This document shows, piece after piece, positions 28,514-39,745 of a stretch of 64,000 bases of DNA. Each line of letters begins with the position of its first letter. Position 1 is the stretch's first letter. Made by a program: the position numbers and the translations under genes. The stretch is from positions 1-64,000 of the forward strand of contig JBDREQ010000076.1 of the NCBI GenBank assembly GCA_043819555.1. The letters are read 5' to 3'. The notes under the pieces are model-generated. The model searched no databases and was not told the origin of the DNA. It saw only the letters and a list, made by a program, of their open reading frames with translations. The DNA is from Candidatus Zixiibacteriota bacterium (GTDB lineage Bacteria; Zixibacteria; MSB-5A5; GN15; JAAZOE01).

Positions 28514-29552
28514 AAAATACCTCAGCCATTTCGTACAGTTCATTGCTGACCGTCCTCGTTTTTCCAGCCGATTCTTCGAGCGAAACCGGGACAATATCAT
28601 TGCCGCGAAGGGCTGTAAAATAACCGAATTTTTTCTGATGAACCAAATCAATAGCGCTAATGCCATATCGGGTAGCCAGCATACGGTCGGAAGCGGTCGG
28701 TGACCCCCCCCGCTGTATATGTCCGAGTATGACGACCCGTGATTCAAAGCCCAGTCGTGTTTCTAATTCATGGGCGATATAATTGGAGATTCCTCCCAAT
28801 CTGATATTTCCAAATTGGTCCAAAGATTCATCCTGCGTTACAAACTCACCTTCCGGATGTTCGGCGGTCTTTATCCTGGTACCTTCAGCCACGACAACAA
28901 TCGAAAAATCTTTACCGCGTTCATGCCGCCGTTTAATCAATTTAGACACCGCTTCAATGTCTACCGGCCGTTCCGGAATAAGGATGACGTCGGCCCCTCC
29001 AGCCATGCCTGATTCGAGGGCGATCCATCCGGCATGTCGCCCCATCACCTCGACAACCATAACACGATTATGCGCTTCAGCCGTGGTGTGAATTCGATCA
29101 ATAGCTTCGGTCGCCACGCCGACGGCGGTATCAAACCCAAAGGTGCGATCGGTTCCGACAATATCATTATCAATGGTTTTGGGAACTCCGACAACTTTTA
29201 CGCCCATGCGATGCAATTTTGCCGCGACTCCAAGAGTATCGTCGCCACCTATGGCGATTAGCGCGTCGATATCATGTTTCTTAAGCATTTCGATAACTTT
29301 TTCCGGCCCGCCTTCTACCTTAAACGGATTTGTGCGGGATGTTTTTAGAATCGTTCCGCCTTTATGCAAAATACCGCTGGTGGCCGCAAGGTCGAGAGTC
29401 TCAATATTCCCTTCTTCTAATAGGCCTTTCCATCCCTGATAAATACCGTAAATTACGTAACCGTATCTGATGATGCCTTTTCTGGCGATGGCACGAATCA
29501 CGGCATTAAGTCCCGGGCAATCACCGCCGCCTGTTAAAACTCCTACTTTCAA
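28506..29552 (-). CDS. pfkA: 6-phosphofructokinase, group III, predicted PPi-dependent
   Basis: TGGGDCPGLN, GGDDT, PKTIDND, MGRHAG, LGHIQRGG. Confidence 0.92.
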   Translation of the reverse strand: MKVGVLTGGGDCPGLNAVIRAIARKGIIRYGYVIYGIYQGWKGLLEEGNIETLDLAATSGILHKGGTILKTSRTNPFKVEGGPEKVIEMLKKHDIDALIAIGGDDTLGVAAKLHRMGVKVVGVPKTIDNDIVGTDRTFGFDTAVGVATEAIDRIHTTAEAHNRVMVVEVMGRHAGWIALESGMAGGADVILIPERPVDIEAVSKLIKRRHERGKDFSIVVVAEGTRIKTAEHPEGEFVTQDESLDQFGNIRLGGISNYIAHELETRLGFESRVVILGHIQRGGSPTASDRMLATRYGISAIDLVHQKKFGYFTALRGNDIVPVSLEESAGKTRTVSNELYEMAEVFFG

Positions 29553-29650
29553 TTCTTCCTCCGTTGCTGAATTTCGCACGCAAATAAGTCAGCTGGAACC
29601 TGTCTGTCAAGTGAAATCCCTATTTGCAAATTTGATGCCATAGTTTTATT

Positions 29651-31228
29651 CTAGTTTTTTAACCCATGCCTGGCTTCGAAATATATTGTTCTCAGATTAT
29701 AATCAATAAACAGATTAAAATCATCGAGCAGTTCCAGACCAATCAAACCCTCAATATAATCCGGAAGAGGGAACGCATTTCCTGTATCAAATAATAAAGT
29801 TTTCGGGTTCTCAATAATAAGCCGGCCTATTTTGATCGAGTCAAGCCGGGCTGTTTTTACTCTTTCTACGCCGCCTACCCCGGTTATTCTTAAATTCTGA
29901 CTCGAAGAATCGAATTTATTTATTATAAGGGAGTATGCCTTTGCATTTGAACGCATTACGAATTCGACCTGTGCTCCAAGATCGATAGCGGTTCGAGTCA
30001 TCATCCCATCGACTTCGACATTAATTAAAGGCAATTGAAACTGTATGTCCAGATTAATCGGTATTCCCCTGGGATTTCTGGGAGCAAGATCTTTATGATA
30101 TGCCGTCAAAATATCCCTGTCAAAATCAATTTTAAGGGGGAATCGAGAAATGAAATCATAACCCAGTATTCCGTCGATCCCGGCAAATAAATTTCCGGTT
30201 TTGGGTTCAGAATTATAAACTCCAATGCGATTATATTTTAGAGTGAGATTCTCAATATTAATTGAATCGATCTCCACAATAGTAATATTGTTCAGTCCGC
30301 CTACCCCGCGAGCAGGCAGGGCGCCAAACGGTTCCAAGCCCAGCGCCTGAACCGTTCCCTGTGACAAAAGGCTGCTGCCGGCTCCGCTGTCGAGAATAAA
30401 ATCAAACGGACCCTGCCCATTCACTAAAGCCTTTAATGTAATATGCCCGCGTTTTATGGCAAATGCGACGTCCATATAATTCCTGCCATTTCCAAAACTG
30501 TAAATATCATCATTTCCGGATGGATTCGAAAAGATGGTATCCGAAATATCAACATTCAGGAAAACCGAATCCAATCGCGAACTGATTAAAAAAGAGGTCC
30601 CGATAGCCTCGGACACTGATTCAAAAGGCATCACGACGCCATCAACTTCGCGATTATCGCTATATGATGTTTGTATCTTCAATCCGGATAGGATTTCCAG
30701 ACGATAATCTATTAATCCCGACACGCTATTTATAAAAATCGAAGTGGAATCTCCCGCTTCGGGAAACAGGGCAAATTGATGAAAATTCGCATCGTTGATT
30801 AATGTATCGCCGCGATATTCAGTCCGACCCGGATTGCGATCTGGCAAAAGATATGAATATGTGTTGATATAAGCATCATTGTAGAAAGATTTAAGCTCTT
30901 CCGGTGAATTGGCTTTTGTCATGCCATTAATATCAGTCGTCCATCCCTGAAGGCCGTCGGTCAGAACCATAATTGATGCCTGTCCCATATCGTATTTGAC
31001 AAAAGACTGATTAGGAAATTTCATATACACTTCTAACTTTGCCGGAGAGCCCATATAATCGGCTGAAGCATATCCCTTTATTGAATATACTCTGGCGACA
31101 TTTTCCCTGCCTCCCAGGGCATCTAAATGAAATTTGAGAATATCTCCCGGGCTGGCGGCGAATATGCCGCTGACAAAGCATACGCACATACCTATCAATT
31201 TTGTATAGATAAAAGAATAACGTTTCAA
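29651..31228 (-). CDS. Exported retropepsin-like aspartyl protease with an N-terminal LolA-like domain
   Basis: FILDSGA...GILGYDF and AIDLGA...GLIG. Confidence 0.8.
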   Translation of the reverse strand: MKRYSFIYTKLIGMCVCFVSGIFAASPGDILKFHLDALGGRENVARVYSIKGYASADYMGSPAKLEVYMKFPNQSFVKYDMGQASIMVLTDGLQGWTTDINGMTKANSPEELKSFYNDAYINTYSYLLPDRNPGRTEYRGDTLINDANFHQFALFPEAGDSTSIFINSVSGLIDYRLEILSGLKIQTSYSDNREVDGVVMPFESVSEAIGTSFLISSRLDSVFLNVDISDTIFSNPSGNDDIYSFGNGRNYMDVAFAIKRGHITLKALVNGQGPFDFILDSGAGSSLLSQGTVQALGLEPFGALPARGVGGLNNITIVEIDSINIENLTLKYNRIGVYNSEPKTGNLFAGIDGILGYDFISRFPLKIDFDRDILTAYHKDLAPRNPRGIPINLDIQFQLPLINVEVDGMMTRTAIDLGAQVEFVMRSNAKAYSLIINKFDSSSQNLRITGVGGVERVKTARLDSIKIGRLIIENPKTLLFDTGNAFPLPDYIEGLIGLELLDDFNLFIDYNLRTIYFEARHGLKN

Positions 31229-31258
31229 ATTAAAATTCCAATCACTTAGAATCCGCCA

Positions 31259-32485
31259 TTAATATTCCTGCCAGCGGCGATCCGCGAGGACCAATAACCC
31301 GATTAAAATCCAGAAAAAGACCAGGGATGTTCCACCATAGCTGACAAAAGGCAGGGGCAAACCGGTTACCGGCATTAATCCTAATGTCATTCCGACATTC
31401 ACCAGCATTTGAAAAAATATTATTGTCACCGCCCCCCATGACACCATGCCCATAAACATCGAACGGCATTTTATGGCTATTCGCATCCCCCGGATTAAAA
31501 TAAAACCAAAAATTATCAGCATTACCAGACCGCCCAGAAATCCTAATTCCTCGCCCAGCACCGAAAAAACAAAATCCGTATGCCTGACCGGCAGATATTC
31601 CAGGCGGGTTTGCGAACCGCCAAGGTATCCCTTTCCGAAAAGGCCGCCGGAGCCGACAGAAATAATCGATTGGATGATTTGATAACCGGCTCGATACGGG
31701 TCGCGACCCGGGTCAAGAAAAATAAGGATTCTCATTTTCTGATACTCAGCCAGTTTATTCCAAACCAAAGGGGTTAAAACCCCAAAGGCCAAATTGACTA
31801 TGGTTATCAAAACGCTGAATAGCAAACCGGGGCGGCCGATTACCAAAATAATCAAAAGTATGGTTAAATAAATCACCCAGGCAATCCAGTGAAATGCGGC
31901 CACCAGTGAAATCAGCGGAGATATTATCAGAAATAAATAGAGCGGCGATAAACCGGAAAAAAACCAGAGAGAGAAAAGCAATACAAAGAAAACGAGAGAC
32001 GTGCCCAAATCCGGTTGTTTTAATATTAAAGCAACCGGCACGGCGACAATTGCAAATGAAAAGAATAATCGTTTGACCGATTCAGGGGGCAATTTGGAAT
32101 AAGCGAAATATCTGGCCAGGGCGAGTAGAACCGCCACTTTCGCAAACTCAGATGGCTGAAAATTCACCGGTCCTAATGAAAACCACCGCGAAACACCTGA
32201 CTGCGCCCCTACAAATAACACCGCGACAAGCAGAAAAATAATCGATGCATAAAAAATATAGGCGCCGAAATCGTAAAACCTTTGAGGTAAATTGACTATT
32301 ATTGCAAAAGCGACAAGCGCGACAACAAGCCAGATTATCTGTTTAACAAAATAGTTCTGAGCGCCGGGATCATCGTTGTAGTATTGCGCCGAAAAAATTA
32401 GCATGATTCCAAATAACGAAAGAAGCAATGCCGCGGTGACCAGCTTCCAGTCAAATTCATATGATTTTACCGCATAAATAGACAT
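31259..32485 (-). CDS. rodA: Rod shape-determining protein RodA
   Basis: FQPSEFAK, QPDLGT, HTDFVF, PFVSYGG. Confidence 0.95.
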   Translation of the reverse strand: MSIYAVKSYEFDWKLVTAALLLSLFGIMLIFSAQYYNDDPGAQNYFVKQIIWLVVALVAFAIIVNLPQRFYDFGAYIFYASIIFLLVAVLFVGAQSGVSRWFSLGPVNFQPSEFAKVAVLLALARYFAYSKLPPESVKRLFFSFAIVAVPVALILKQPDLGTSLVFFVLLFSLWFFSGLSPLYLFLIISPLISLVAAFHWIAWVIYLTILLIILVIGRPGLLFSVLITIVNLAFGVLTPLVWNKLAEYQKMRILIFLDPGRDPYRAGYQIIQSIISVGSGGLFGKGYLGGSQTRLEYLPVRHTDFVFSVLGEELGFLGGLVMLIIFGFILIRGMRIAIKCRSMFMGMVSWGAVTIIFFQMLVNVGMTLGLMPVTGLPLPFVSYGGTSLVFFWILIGLLVLADRRWQEY

Positions 32486-32488
32486 ATT

Positions 32489-34300
32489 TTAATTCGCCTT
32501 TGTCAGCTTAAAGTCATCCGCCAGCATATTATGTTTTATCAAATACGTTTGGATAATTTTCCGTGCGGCAGGGGCGGCATAATCGGAACCATGCCCCGCG
32601 TTTTCAATGATAATACAAACTACAATAGCCGGATCTTCTGCCGGTGCGAACCCAGCAAACCAGGAATGGTTTTCACCATGAGGATTTTGAGCTGTCCCGG
32701 TTTTCCCGGCCATAGTCACTCCATCAATTTTCGAACCCCGGGCGGTTCCTTTCTCGCCATGGAATACCGCAATGATGGCCTCATTTAATATATTACGAGT
32801 ATTTTGAGAAAATGGAAGATTGAATGAGAATTCTCCTCCCCGTGAAGTCTCTCGGCCATCGGGACCGATTTCAGATTTTAATAGATGGGATTTATAAACT
32901 CGACCGTTATTGGCCAGACCGCAATAAAACTGGGCAATTTGCAATGGAGTCGCCAAAATCTCTCCCTGTCCAATCGCCAGATTCAATAGAACTGCCTGAG
33001 TCCACTGACCTTTGCCGATGCGTTTATCATACCACTCCTTATTGGGAGTGTTTCCCGCGGCCTCAATCGGCAAATCAATCCCTGTCTTTTTTCCAAATCC
33101 GCATGCCTGCGAAAAATTATAAAATTCTTCCAATCCCAGTTGAAGACCAAGCTGATAAAAATAAACATCGCATGACTGTTCAATTGCTCGAATTATATTT
33201 GTCTTACCATGGCCTGATTTATCCCAGCACCCGAAAGGCCTGATGCCGAATTGATACCAGCCATTGCAAGCTGACGGGAAAACTGAATTTCTATCTATAA
33301 GACCAAGCTCCAGACCGGCTCCGGCAATTACCAGCTTATAAATCGAACCGGGGGGATATAAGCCCACCAGAGGACGATTTAAGAGTGGATTATTGGTATC
33401 GGATACAATGGAGTCCCAGACATCGGAAGGTATTACCGTGGAAAAAATATTGGCATCGTTGGAAGGCTTGGAAACCATTGCCAGAACCTCGCCATTTCTT
33501 GGATCGATAACAATGGCGGCGCCGCAGCAAAATTCGCCGAATGACTCAACGGCCGCATTCTGAATATCGATATCAATCGTCAGGATCAAATCATTGCCAG
33601 GTTCCTCGGGGACACCAGGATGGCTCTCTAAAATTCCCAAAATTTGTCCCGAAGCGGCAATTTCCATATATTCGGTGCCCTCAATACCTCTTAATTCACG
33701 ATCATAGTATTTTTCAATTCCCGCTTTACCGATAACCGCACCGGCGCGATAAATCGAATGAGCCAATTTCTCAATTTCTTCAGAAGAAATCTCGCCAACA
33801 TAACCGGTATAGCATTCGCTTCCCAAACCGGTCGTATATTTACGAGCCTGATCCTTACGGTAAACCGCCCCGGGGAAAAGTTCGTTTTGCTCTTCCAATA
33901 TCGCGACCTTTTCAAAAGCAAGATCCCGCTTGACAAGTGCAGGTTGGAAATGACCTGTAAAATTCTTGCGAATGCGACGATCAAGTTCCGCCTCGCTTAT
34001 TCCCAGAACGTCGGCAATTAAATTCGCTGTTGGGGTTTTGTTAATCTCGGACGGGACTAATCCCAATGAATATGAAGCCCGGTTATCAATAATCATGCGC
34101 CTCTCTCTATCCATTACAACGCCGCGTTTGGGAACAACCGGCTGAATTCGAATCCTGTTATTTTCCGATTGAGTGTATAATTCGACATGACGAAAAGTTT
34201 GCAGATAAAGCATTCGAGCCATTAATAAACCAAGCATAAAAGAGATAACTATAATTCCAATTATAAATCTTTGCTGTTTGCTGGTGCGCCCCTGTGTCAT
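32489..34300 (-). CDS. mrdA: Penicillin-binding protein 2
   Basis: PGSIYK (SxxK), SCD, KTG motifs; adjacent to rodA and mreD. Confidence 0.95.
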   Translation of the reverse strand: MTQGRTSKQQRFIIGIIVISFMLGLLMARMLYLQTFRHVELYTQSENNRIRIQPVVPKRGVVMDRERRMIIDNRASYSLGLVPSEINKTPTANLIADVLGISEAELDRRIRKNFTGHFQPALVKRDLAFEKVAILEEQNELFPGAVYRKDQARKYTTGLGSECYTGYVGEISSEEIEKLAHSIYRAGAVIGKAGIEKYYDRELRGIEGTEYMEIAASGQILGILESHPGVPEEPGNDLILTIDIDIQNAAVESFGEFCCGAAIVIDPRNGEVLAMVSKPSNDANIFSTVIPSDVWDSIVSDTNNPLLNRPLVGLYPPGSIYKLVIAGAGLELGLIDRNSVFPSACNGWYQFGIRPFGCWDKSGHGKTNIIRAIEQSCDVYFYQLGLQLGLEEFYNFSQACGFGKKTGIDLPIEAAGNTPNKEWYDKRIGKGQWTQAVLLNLAIGQGEILATPLQIAQFYCGLANNGRVYKSHLLKSEIGPDGRETSRGGEFSFNLPFSQNTRNILNEAIIAVFHGEKGTARGSKIDGVTMAGKTGTAQNPHGENHSWFAGFAPAEDPAIVVCIIIENAGHGSDYAAPAARKIIQTYLIKHNMLADDFKLTKAN

Positions 34301-34301
34301 A

Positions 34302-34796
34302 TTAGAATAATGTTTTAAGTTTTTTAAATGATATACGACCCAAATGGATTAGAAAGTAAAGCCAGGCAACAACCAATGTATATATTATGCTGGGAATAGT
34401 GGAACGTAATAATACCCCGCCGAATTCGGAAGCGCCGGAGGTAACATAGATTATTTGATATGGTATTGAAAAGGCAATAAGACCGATGGCAACCAGAAGG
34501 ATCAGACTTTTTAACGATTCAAGATTAAATCGTTCCTTAGCCTGAGCGGCGCCAATACCGATCAAAGATAGAATGATTATTTGCACACCGAGAAACGCAG
34601 GAGTCAAAGCGTCAATGACTATTCCTGCCGCGAAACCAAACCATAAGGCTGTCAGATAATTTTTATTCAGGCTCAGAAGAATAACTATCAGGGCTGTTAA
34701 ATAAATCTGTGCCCCTCCAATGGCCAAAGAATCGACTAACAGGGTCCGGTAAAATCCGATTAAGAATAAATAAAGGACAAAGGGAATGTATTTCAC
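34302..34796 (-). CDS. mreD: Rod shape-determining protein MreD
   Basis: Polytopic membrane protein between mreC and mrdA. Confidence 0.8.
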   Translation of the reverse strand: MKYIPFVLYLFLIGFYRTLLVDSLAIGGAQIYLTALIVILLSLNKNYLTALWFGFAAGIVIDALTPAFLGVQIIILSLIGIGAAQAKERFNLESLKSLILLVAIGLIAFSIPYQIIYVTSGASEFGGVLLRSTIPSIIYTLVVAWLYFLIHLGRISFKKLKTLF

Positions 34797-35584
34797 AACT
34801 CCTCCTTCGCCAATACATACAACTCATCGAGACCGTTAAAATTCACGGCCGGATTAATTTTTATATTGTAGAAAAATTCTTTTCCCGGATCTTCGATTTC
34901 CCTTATAATTCCAATCACCAAACCCTCGGGAAATATCCCGCCCAAACCCGAAGTTATTACTGTATCCCCGACAGCAACATCACCCTGTTGCGGCAAATTA
35001 TCAAGAAATAATCCTTTACTGAGGCTATATCTGATTATTCCCTGCTCACGGCTACGTTTTACGCGGGCCGCGACGCGGCAGCGTGGTTCGGTCAATAAAT
35101 AAACCGTCGCGTAATCTTCCAGAACTTCACCAATTCGACCGGCAACACCATTTTGATTGATTATTGTCTGGTTAACTTCAATCGAATCGGACAGCCCGAG
35201 ATTAATAAGAACCGTATTGGGAATACTGGGACCTGAAACGCCGATTATTTCGGCCGGGACAATCTTAAAAGATGGCGGTGGGACAAAACCAAGCAGAGAT
35301 CTCAGCCGCTGGTTTTCCTCAATCGTTTCATTGTAGAATTGCATTTGTACCGATAGTTCGGCCAATTTAGAATTGAGGATGTCATTTGCATCCTGTTTAT
35401 CGGAAAGGATAATCAGGCTATTTTTGATTTTTTGAAATGGATTAAAAAAAACAGACGCACTGATATTACAGATAAATTTCGAGATGCCGCCTCCAGTAAT
35501 TAATAAAAAAACTGCTATCAGTAGCACAGCAACGGTATGAACCGCGTCTTGTTTTTCTTTTAACCAGGATTGCTGCCAATCCAT
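34793..35584 (-). CDS. mreC: Rod shape-determining protein MreC
   Basis: ENQRLRSLL, VITSGLGGIFPEG. Confidence 0.93.
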   Translation of the reverse strand: MDWQQSWLKEKQDAVHTVAVLLIAVFLLITGGGISKFICNISASVFFNPFQKIKNSLIILSDKQDANDILNSKLAELSVQMQFYNETIEENQRLRSLLGFVPPPSFKIVPAEIIGVSGPSIPNTVLINLGLSDSIEVNQTIINQNGVAGRIGEVLEDYATVYLLTEPRCRVAARVKRSREQGIIRYSLSKGLFLDNLPQQGDVAVGDTVITSGLGGIFPEGLVIGIIREIEDPGKEFFYNIKINPAVNFNGLDELYVLAKEEL

Positions 35585-35605
35585 TGGCGGAATTCCCCGC
35601 AGGTA

Positions 35606-36058
35606 TTATTCTACCGAATCAAGAATTGATAATAATTCTCCCGGAGAATTTACGTTCATAAGTTTTTGACGATTATCCTCGGATTTCATTATAAACGACA
35701 ACCGAGCCATGACATTCAGATGCGCTCCGATAGCGTCTTCAGGAGCGGCAATAAGAAAAAATACATGGACCGGCTTTTTATCCATCGCTTCAAAATCTAT
35801 TCCCTCGTTGTGGCGGCCGAAGGTTATTACAATTCCCTTGGTCGCCTTTGTTTTGGCATGAGGAAACGCGACTCCGTACCCGATACCGGTTGTCACCATT
35901 TGTTCCCGATGATAAATATCGGCCAATAATTGATCGCGGTCTTTGACAAGAGAAGATCCTGCCGCCACGTCAACTAATTCCTCTATGACAGAATTCTTGT
36001 CGGATGCTTTTAGATCAAATGTTATTAGATTTTCATCGCAGAATTTAGAAAGTTTCAT
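35606..36058 (-). CDS. PTS EIIA domain protein (PtsN/Fru-type)
   Basis: REQMVTTGIGYGVAFPHAK. Confidence 0.9.
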   Translation of the reverse strand: MKLSKFCDENLITFDLKASDKNSVIEELVDVAAGSSLVKDRDQLLADIYHREQMVTTGIGYGVAFPHAKTKATKGIVITFGRHNEGIDFEAMDKKPVHVFFLIAAPEDAIGAHLNVMARLSFIMKSEDNRQKLMNVNSPGELLSILDSVE

Positions 36059-36121
36059 ATTACTTTTGTTCCTTTAATTTCATCAATTATTTTGGCCCCC
36101 CGAAATCCAAAATTATTAGTT

Positions 36122-37084
36122 TTATTGCTCCCGAAAAACTCCCATTGCTCTATATTTGTCAATTCGTTCTTTGATCAATTCCTCAGGGGACATATCCTTC
36201 AATTCATCCAAAGCCTCCAGAACCTGTTTCTTCAGATTCGCCGCCGCTAATTCGTGATCCCGATGGGCGCCGCCTTTAGGTTCAGGAATAATGCCGTCAA
36301 TGAGATTGAGTTTTTGAACGTCTTCGGCCGTTAGTTTTAACGCTTCCGCGGCCTGCGGCGCTTTGGAGGCATCACGCCATAAAATCGCGGCACATCCTTC
36401 CGGAGAAATGACCGAGTACCACGAATTCTCCATCATATACAGCCGATTACCAAGCCCGATCCCAAGAGCTCCGCCTGAAGCTCCCTCGCCTATAATTACG
36501 ATAACAATCGGGACTTCAAGGGTCGTCATTTCTCTCAAATTTCTGGCGATTGATTCGGCCTGCCCCCTCTCCTCGGCCCCGATGCCGGGAAAGGCTCCGG
36601 GCGTATCTATCAAAATTACAATCGGGCGGCCAAATTTAGACGCCATTTCCATTAAACGCAGGGCTTTGCGATATCCTTCGGGATTGGCCATCCCGAAATT
36701 TCGAAAAAGCTTGCTTTTGGTATCCCGTCCTTTTTGCTGCCCCAGGATCATAATTGGCTTCCCGTCCAATTTCGCGAATCCTCCAACCATAGCGCTGTCA
36801 TCAGCAAAACACCTGTCTCCATGTAATTCGATGAAATCGGTTGTTATCAACTCTATATAATCCAGCGTATAGGGGCGCATAGGATGACGCGCCAGCTGTA
36901 CTTTCTGCCACCGTGTCAAATTGGCAAATATGCCATCCTGCATTTTCCTTAGTTTATTTTGGAGCGATTTTATTTCGCTATCAAGCTCAATATTTTCTAC
37001 CCGACTAAACTCCTGCATATCAGAAATTTTCTTCTGGAGTTCTAAAATCGGTTTTTCAAATTCCAGATGTGACCCGTTTGCCAT
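36122..37084 (-). CDS. accA: Acetyl-CoA carboxylase carboxyltransferase alpha
   Basis: [34 protein letters not shown]. Confidence 0.97.
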   Translation of the reverse strand: MANGSHLEFEKPILELQKKISDMQEFSRVENIELDSEIKSLQNKLRKMQDGIFANLTRWQKVQLARHPMRPYTLDYIELITTDFIELHGDRCFADDSAMVGGFAKLDGKPIMILGQQKGRDTKSKLFRNFGMANPEGYRKALRLMEMASKFGRPIVILIDTPGAFPGIGAEERGQAESIARNLREMTTLEVPIVIVIIGEGASGGALGIGLGNRLYMMENSWYSVISPEGCAAILWRDASKAPQAAEALKLTAEDVQKLNLIDGIIPEPKGGAHRDHELAAANLKKQVLEALDELKDMSPEELIKERIDKYRAMGVFREQ

Positions 37085-37086
37085 AA

Positions 37087-38145
37087 TTACTTATCTTCCG
37101 TTAACTTCCTGTTATACGCAAGCCTAAATCTAAACAAAATAGCGAAAATTACAACCATAAAAATGACCAAAACCGTAATAACTAACCGTTTATCAAAAAT
37201 TATCATTGCCCCTGACAATATGGCAAAAACCGAGGACATAAGATAAAATAACCAAACGACTTTTGATTTCGATAAGCCATAGGCGGTCAGGTAGTGAAAT
37301 AAATGGCGGGTATCGGCCCTGTAAAAGCTGTGCCCGGAAGCAATTCGGCGAGTAAATGAAATCAGGGTTTCGATAATTGGCACTGCAAGGGCAATTAATG
37401 GGATAAATACCGCCGCTGTCGTGTAAGACTTGATTGGAAATATTATTGAAATGATTGCGAAGAGATAACCCAGAAATAACGAACCGCTGTCACCCATAAA
37501 TATTTTGGCCGGATAATGATTGAAATATAAAAATGCCAGGCATGTGCCCATGATACTTATCGAAAAAACGGTAACAGAAGTCAGACTAAAAGTTATGCCG
37601 ATAAATAAAATCGCCAATGCGGCAATAGCCGATACTCCGGCGGCAAGCCCGTCAAGTCCATCAATGAGGTTAATGCAATTGGTTACGCCCACTATCCAGA
37701 TCAAAGTCACCGGCAATGCCCAACCGTTCAACTCAATCGCGCCGTAAAGGGGAATAAATAGAATTGAGATTTTAAGACCACCCAGATATACGATAAAGCC
37801 CGCCATGATTTGACCGACCAGCTTAAACGGAGCGGAAAGTCCGCTGATATCATCAACAATACCGATCAGAAATATCAGGATACCTCCCGCCACAACATAA
37901 TATAAAATCCCGGCTAATTCCTCGGATAGAAAATTAAATTGAGAATTCGAATAAATCACGGCCGCGCAAAATCCGATAAATATCGCCAGACCGCCCAAAT
38001 TGGGGGTCGGAAATCGGTGCCGCTTATGCTGTCCGGGCATATCGAGCAACCCCAGTCGGAAACATAAACGACTGATTGCGGGAACTAATATCGCGGTAAC
38101 GGCGGCGGCCACGGCGAAGATTTTTGCCAGATCAAACCAGTTCAC
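37087..38145 (-). CDS. WecA/TagO-like undecaprenyl-phosphate GlcNAc-1-P transferase
   Basis: [25 protein letters not shown]. Confidence 0.9.
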   Translation of the reverse strand: MNWFDLAKIFAVAAAVTAILVPAISRLCFRLGLLDMPGQHKRHRFPTPNLGGLAIFIGFCAAVIYSNSQFNFLSEELAGILYYVVAGGILIFLIGIVDDISGLSAPFKLVGQIMAGFIVYLGGLKISILFIPLYGAIELNGWALPVTLIWIVGVTNCINLIDGLDGLAAGVSAIAALAILFIGITFSLTSVTVFSISIMGTCLAFLYFNHYPAKIFMGDSGSLFLGYLFAIISIIFPIKSYTTAAVFIPLIALAVPIIETLISFTRRIASGHSFYRADTRHLFHYLTAYGLSKSKVVWLFYLMSSVFAILSGAMIIFDKRLVITVLVIFMVVIFAILFRFRLAYNRKLTEDK

Positions 38146-38999
38146 TTGCGAAATCTAAATAATTCAAAGGCCAAAGACAAGACGCAGTTGAATAAAATAA
38201 TGGGAAACAGAATTAATGCGGTTCTAAATTTTCCATTATGTTTAAAAAAATAAAAAAGCGCCGAATGATGCTGCCAAAAGATGCGCCGAAAACGATACCA
38301 TTTTGTAGAATAACCCCAATAATGCTTACCCCGGGCATTCGGAACAAAAATTACACTCCGCTGCATTTTAAATGCCCGATAGCAAAGGTCAGTATCTTCA
38401 AAATACATAAAAAATGATTCGTCGAAACCCGACAGCTTTTTAAATACTTCTCTGGAAATCATCATAAGCGCCGCCGCGGTCGCGTCGACCTGTATGATTT
38501 CATTGGAATCGGGGTATGTATAAATAGATTTTTCAGGATTGAATAATCTGCCCAAAATTGATCCCCTCGAAAATAGTATATTTTTCATCGTCGGAAATCG
38601 GCGACACGACGGTTGAAATTCACCGGCGCGGCCGATTAATTTACCGGCCGCGATTCCATCGGGGGCATTTTTCATTAATGCTTTAAATAGTATCGTTATG
38701 CTTTCCGGGGATATTAATAAATCAGGATTCAGAAAAAGTAAGTAGTCTCCTGAAGAATTTGACGCTCCAAGATTACAGGCCGCCGCAAAACCAATGTTTT
38801 TCTCGGTTGAAATTCTGGTTACTCCAAAATCAAAGTCTCCTGAATAATCTTTGGGCGATGAAATCGGAGGATTATCAACAATAATAATTTCCAAATTTAG
38901 ATTTTGCTCTCCAGCCGCGATATGTTCAAGGCACTCATCGAGAATATCATCAGCCCGATGATTTACAATAATAATTGAAATTGTTTGAGAGTCTGTCAC
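38142..38999 (-). CDS. GT2 glycosyltransferase (WbbL-like)
   Basis: IIVDN, GFAAACN, LNPD, FDESFFMYFEDTD. Confidence 0.88.
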   Translation of the reverse strand: MTDSQTISIIIVNHRADDILDECLEHIAAGEQNLNLEIIIVDNPPISSPKDYSGDFDFGVTRISTEKNIGFAAACNLGASNSSGDYLLFLNPDLLISPESITILFKALMKNAPDGIAAGKLIGRAGEFQPSCRRFPTMKNILFSRGSILGRLFNPEKSIYTYPDSNEIIQVDATAAALMMISREVFKKLSGFDESFFMYFEDTDLCYRAFKMQRSVIFVPNARGKHYWGYSTKWYRFRRIFWQHHSALFYFFKHNGKFRTALILFPIILFNCVLSLAFELFRFRK

Positions 39000-39016
39000 G
39001 GGATTTCCAATTTAGA

Positions 39017-39745
39017 TTATAGCTTCCCCAGAATTTTTGCCAACCGCAGCCACCAAACCATCCAGATAGCTTCCCGTACAATTTTTTTAGACATTTTGGA
39101 AGCGCCCGCCTGGCGTTCATAGAAAATAATAGGGATTTCCTTAATTCTGAATTTTCTAATTGACGCCCGCATCGTTATTTCTATTTGAAATGTATATCCA
39201 TTTGATTTGACCTCATCGAGATTTATCGCTTCGAGTACCTCTCGCCGAAAACATTTAAATCCGCCGGTAGCGTCTTTAATTTTAAGACCGGTCACTATTC
39301 CTGTATATTTATTCGCGAAATACGATAGTAACAATCTTGACATTGGCCAGTTGATAACATTGACTCCGCTGATGTATCGGGATCCCAATACCAGGTCATT
39401 ATCTTTTATTGCCTTCAGAAAATCGGGGAGGAATTCCGGGTCATGCGAAAAATCGGCATCCATCTCAAAAATGTAATCGAATTTCTTTTCGATAGCCCAT
39501 TTGAATCCGTGCAAGTATGCCTTGCCCAGTCCGGCCTTTCCGGGACGGTGTTCAACATTTATGCGATCATTTTGGGATGCCATATTATCCGCAATCAAAC
39601 CGGTGCCGTCGGGGGAATTGTCATCGACAATCAGAATATGAAGCCTATTATCGACCCTGAGAACGGCAGATACGATTTTTTCGATATTATCCATTTCGTT
39701 GTAAGTTGGGAAAATTACCAGAGCCCGTTTATCCCGTTCATTCAT
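39017..39745 (-). CDS. Polyprenol monophosphomannose synthase (Ppm1/Dpm1-like)
   Basis: PTYNE, VDDNSPDGT, EMDADFSH, DATGGF. Confidence 0.9.
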   Translation of the reverse strand: MNERDKRALVIFPTYNEMDNIEKIVSAVLRVDNRLHILIVDDNSPDGTGLIADNMASQNDRINVEHRPGKAGLGKAYLHGFKWAIEKKFDYIFEMDADFSHDPEFLPDFLKAIKDNDLVLGSRYISGVNVINWPMSRLLLSYFANKYTGIVTGLKIKDATGGFKCFRREVLEAINLDEVKSNGYTFQIEITMRASIRKFRIKEIPIIFYERQAGASKMSKKIVREAIWMVWWLRLAKILGKL

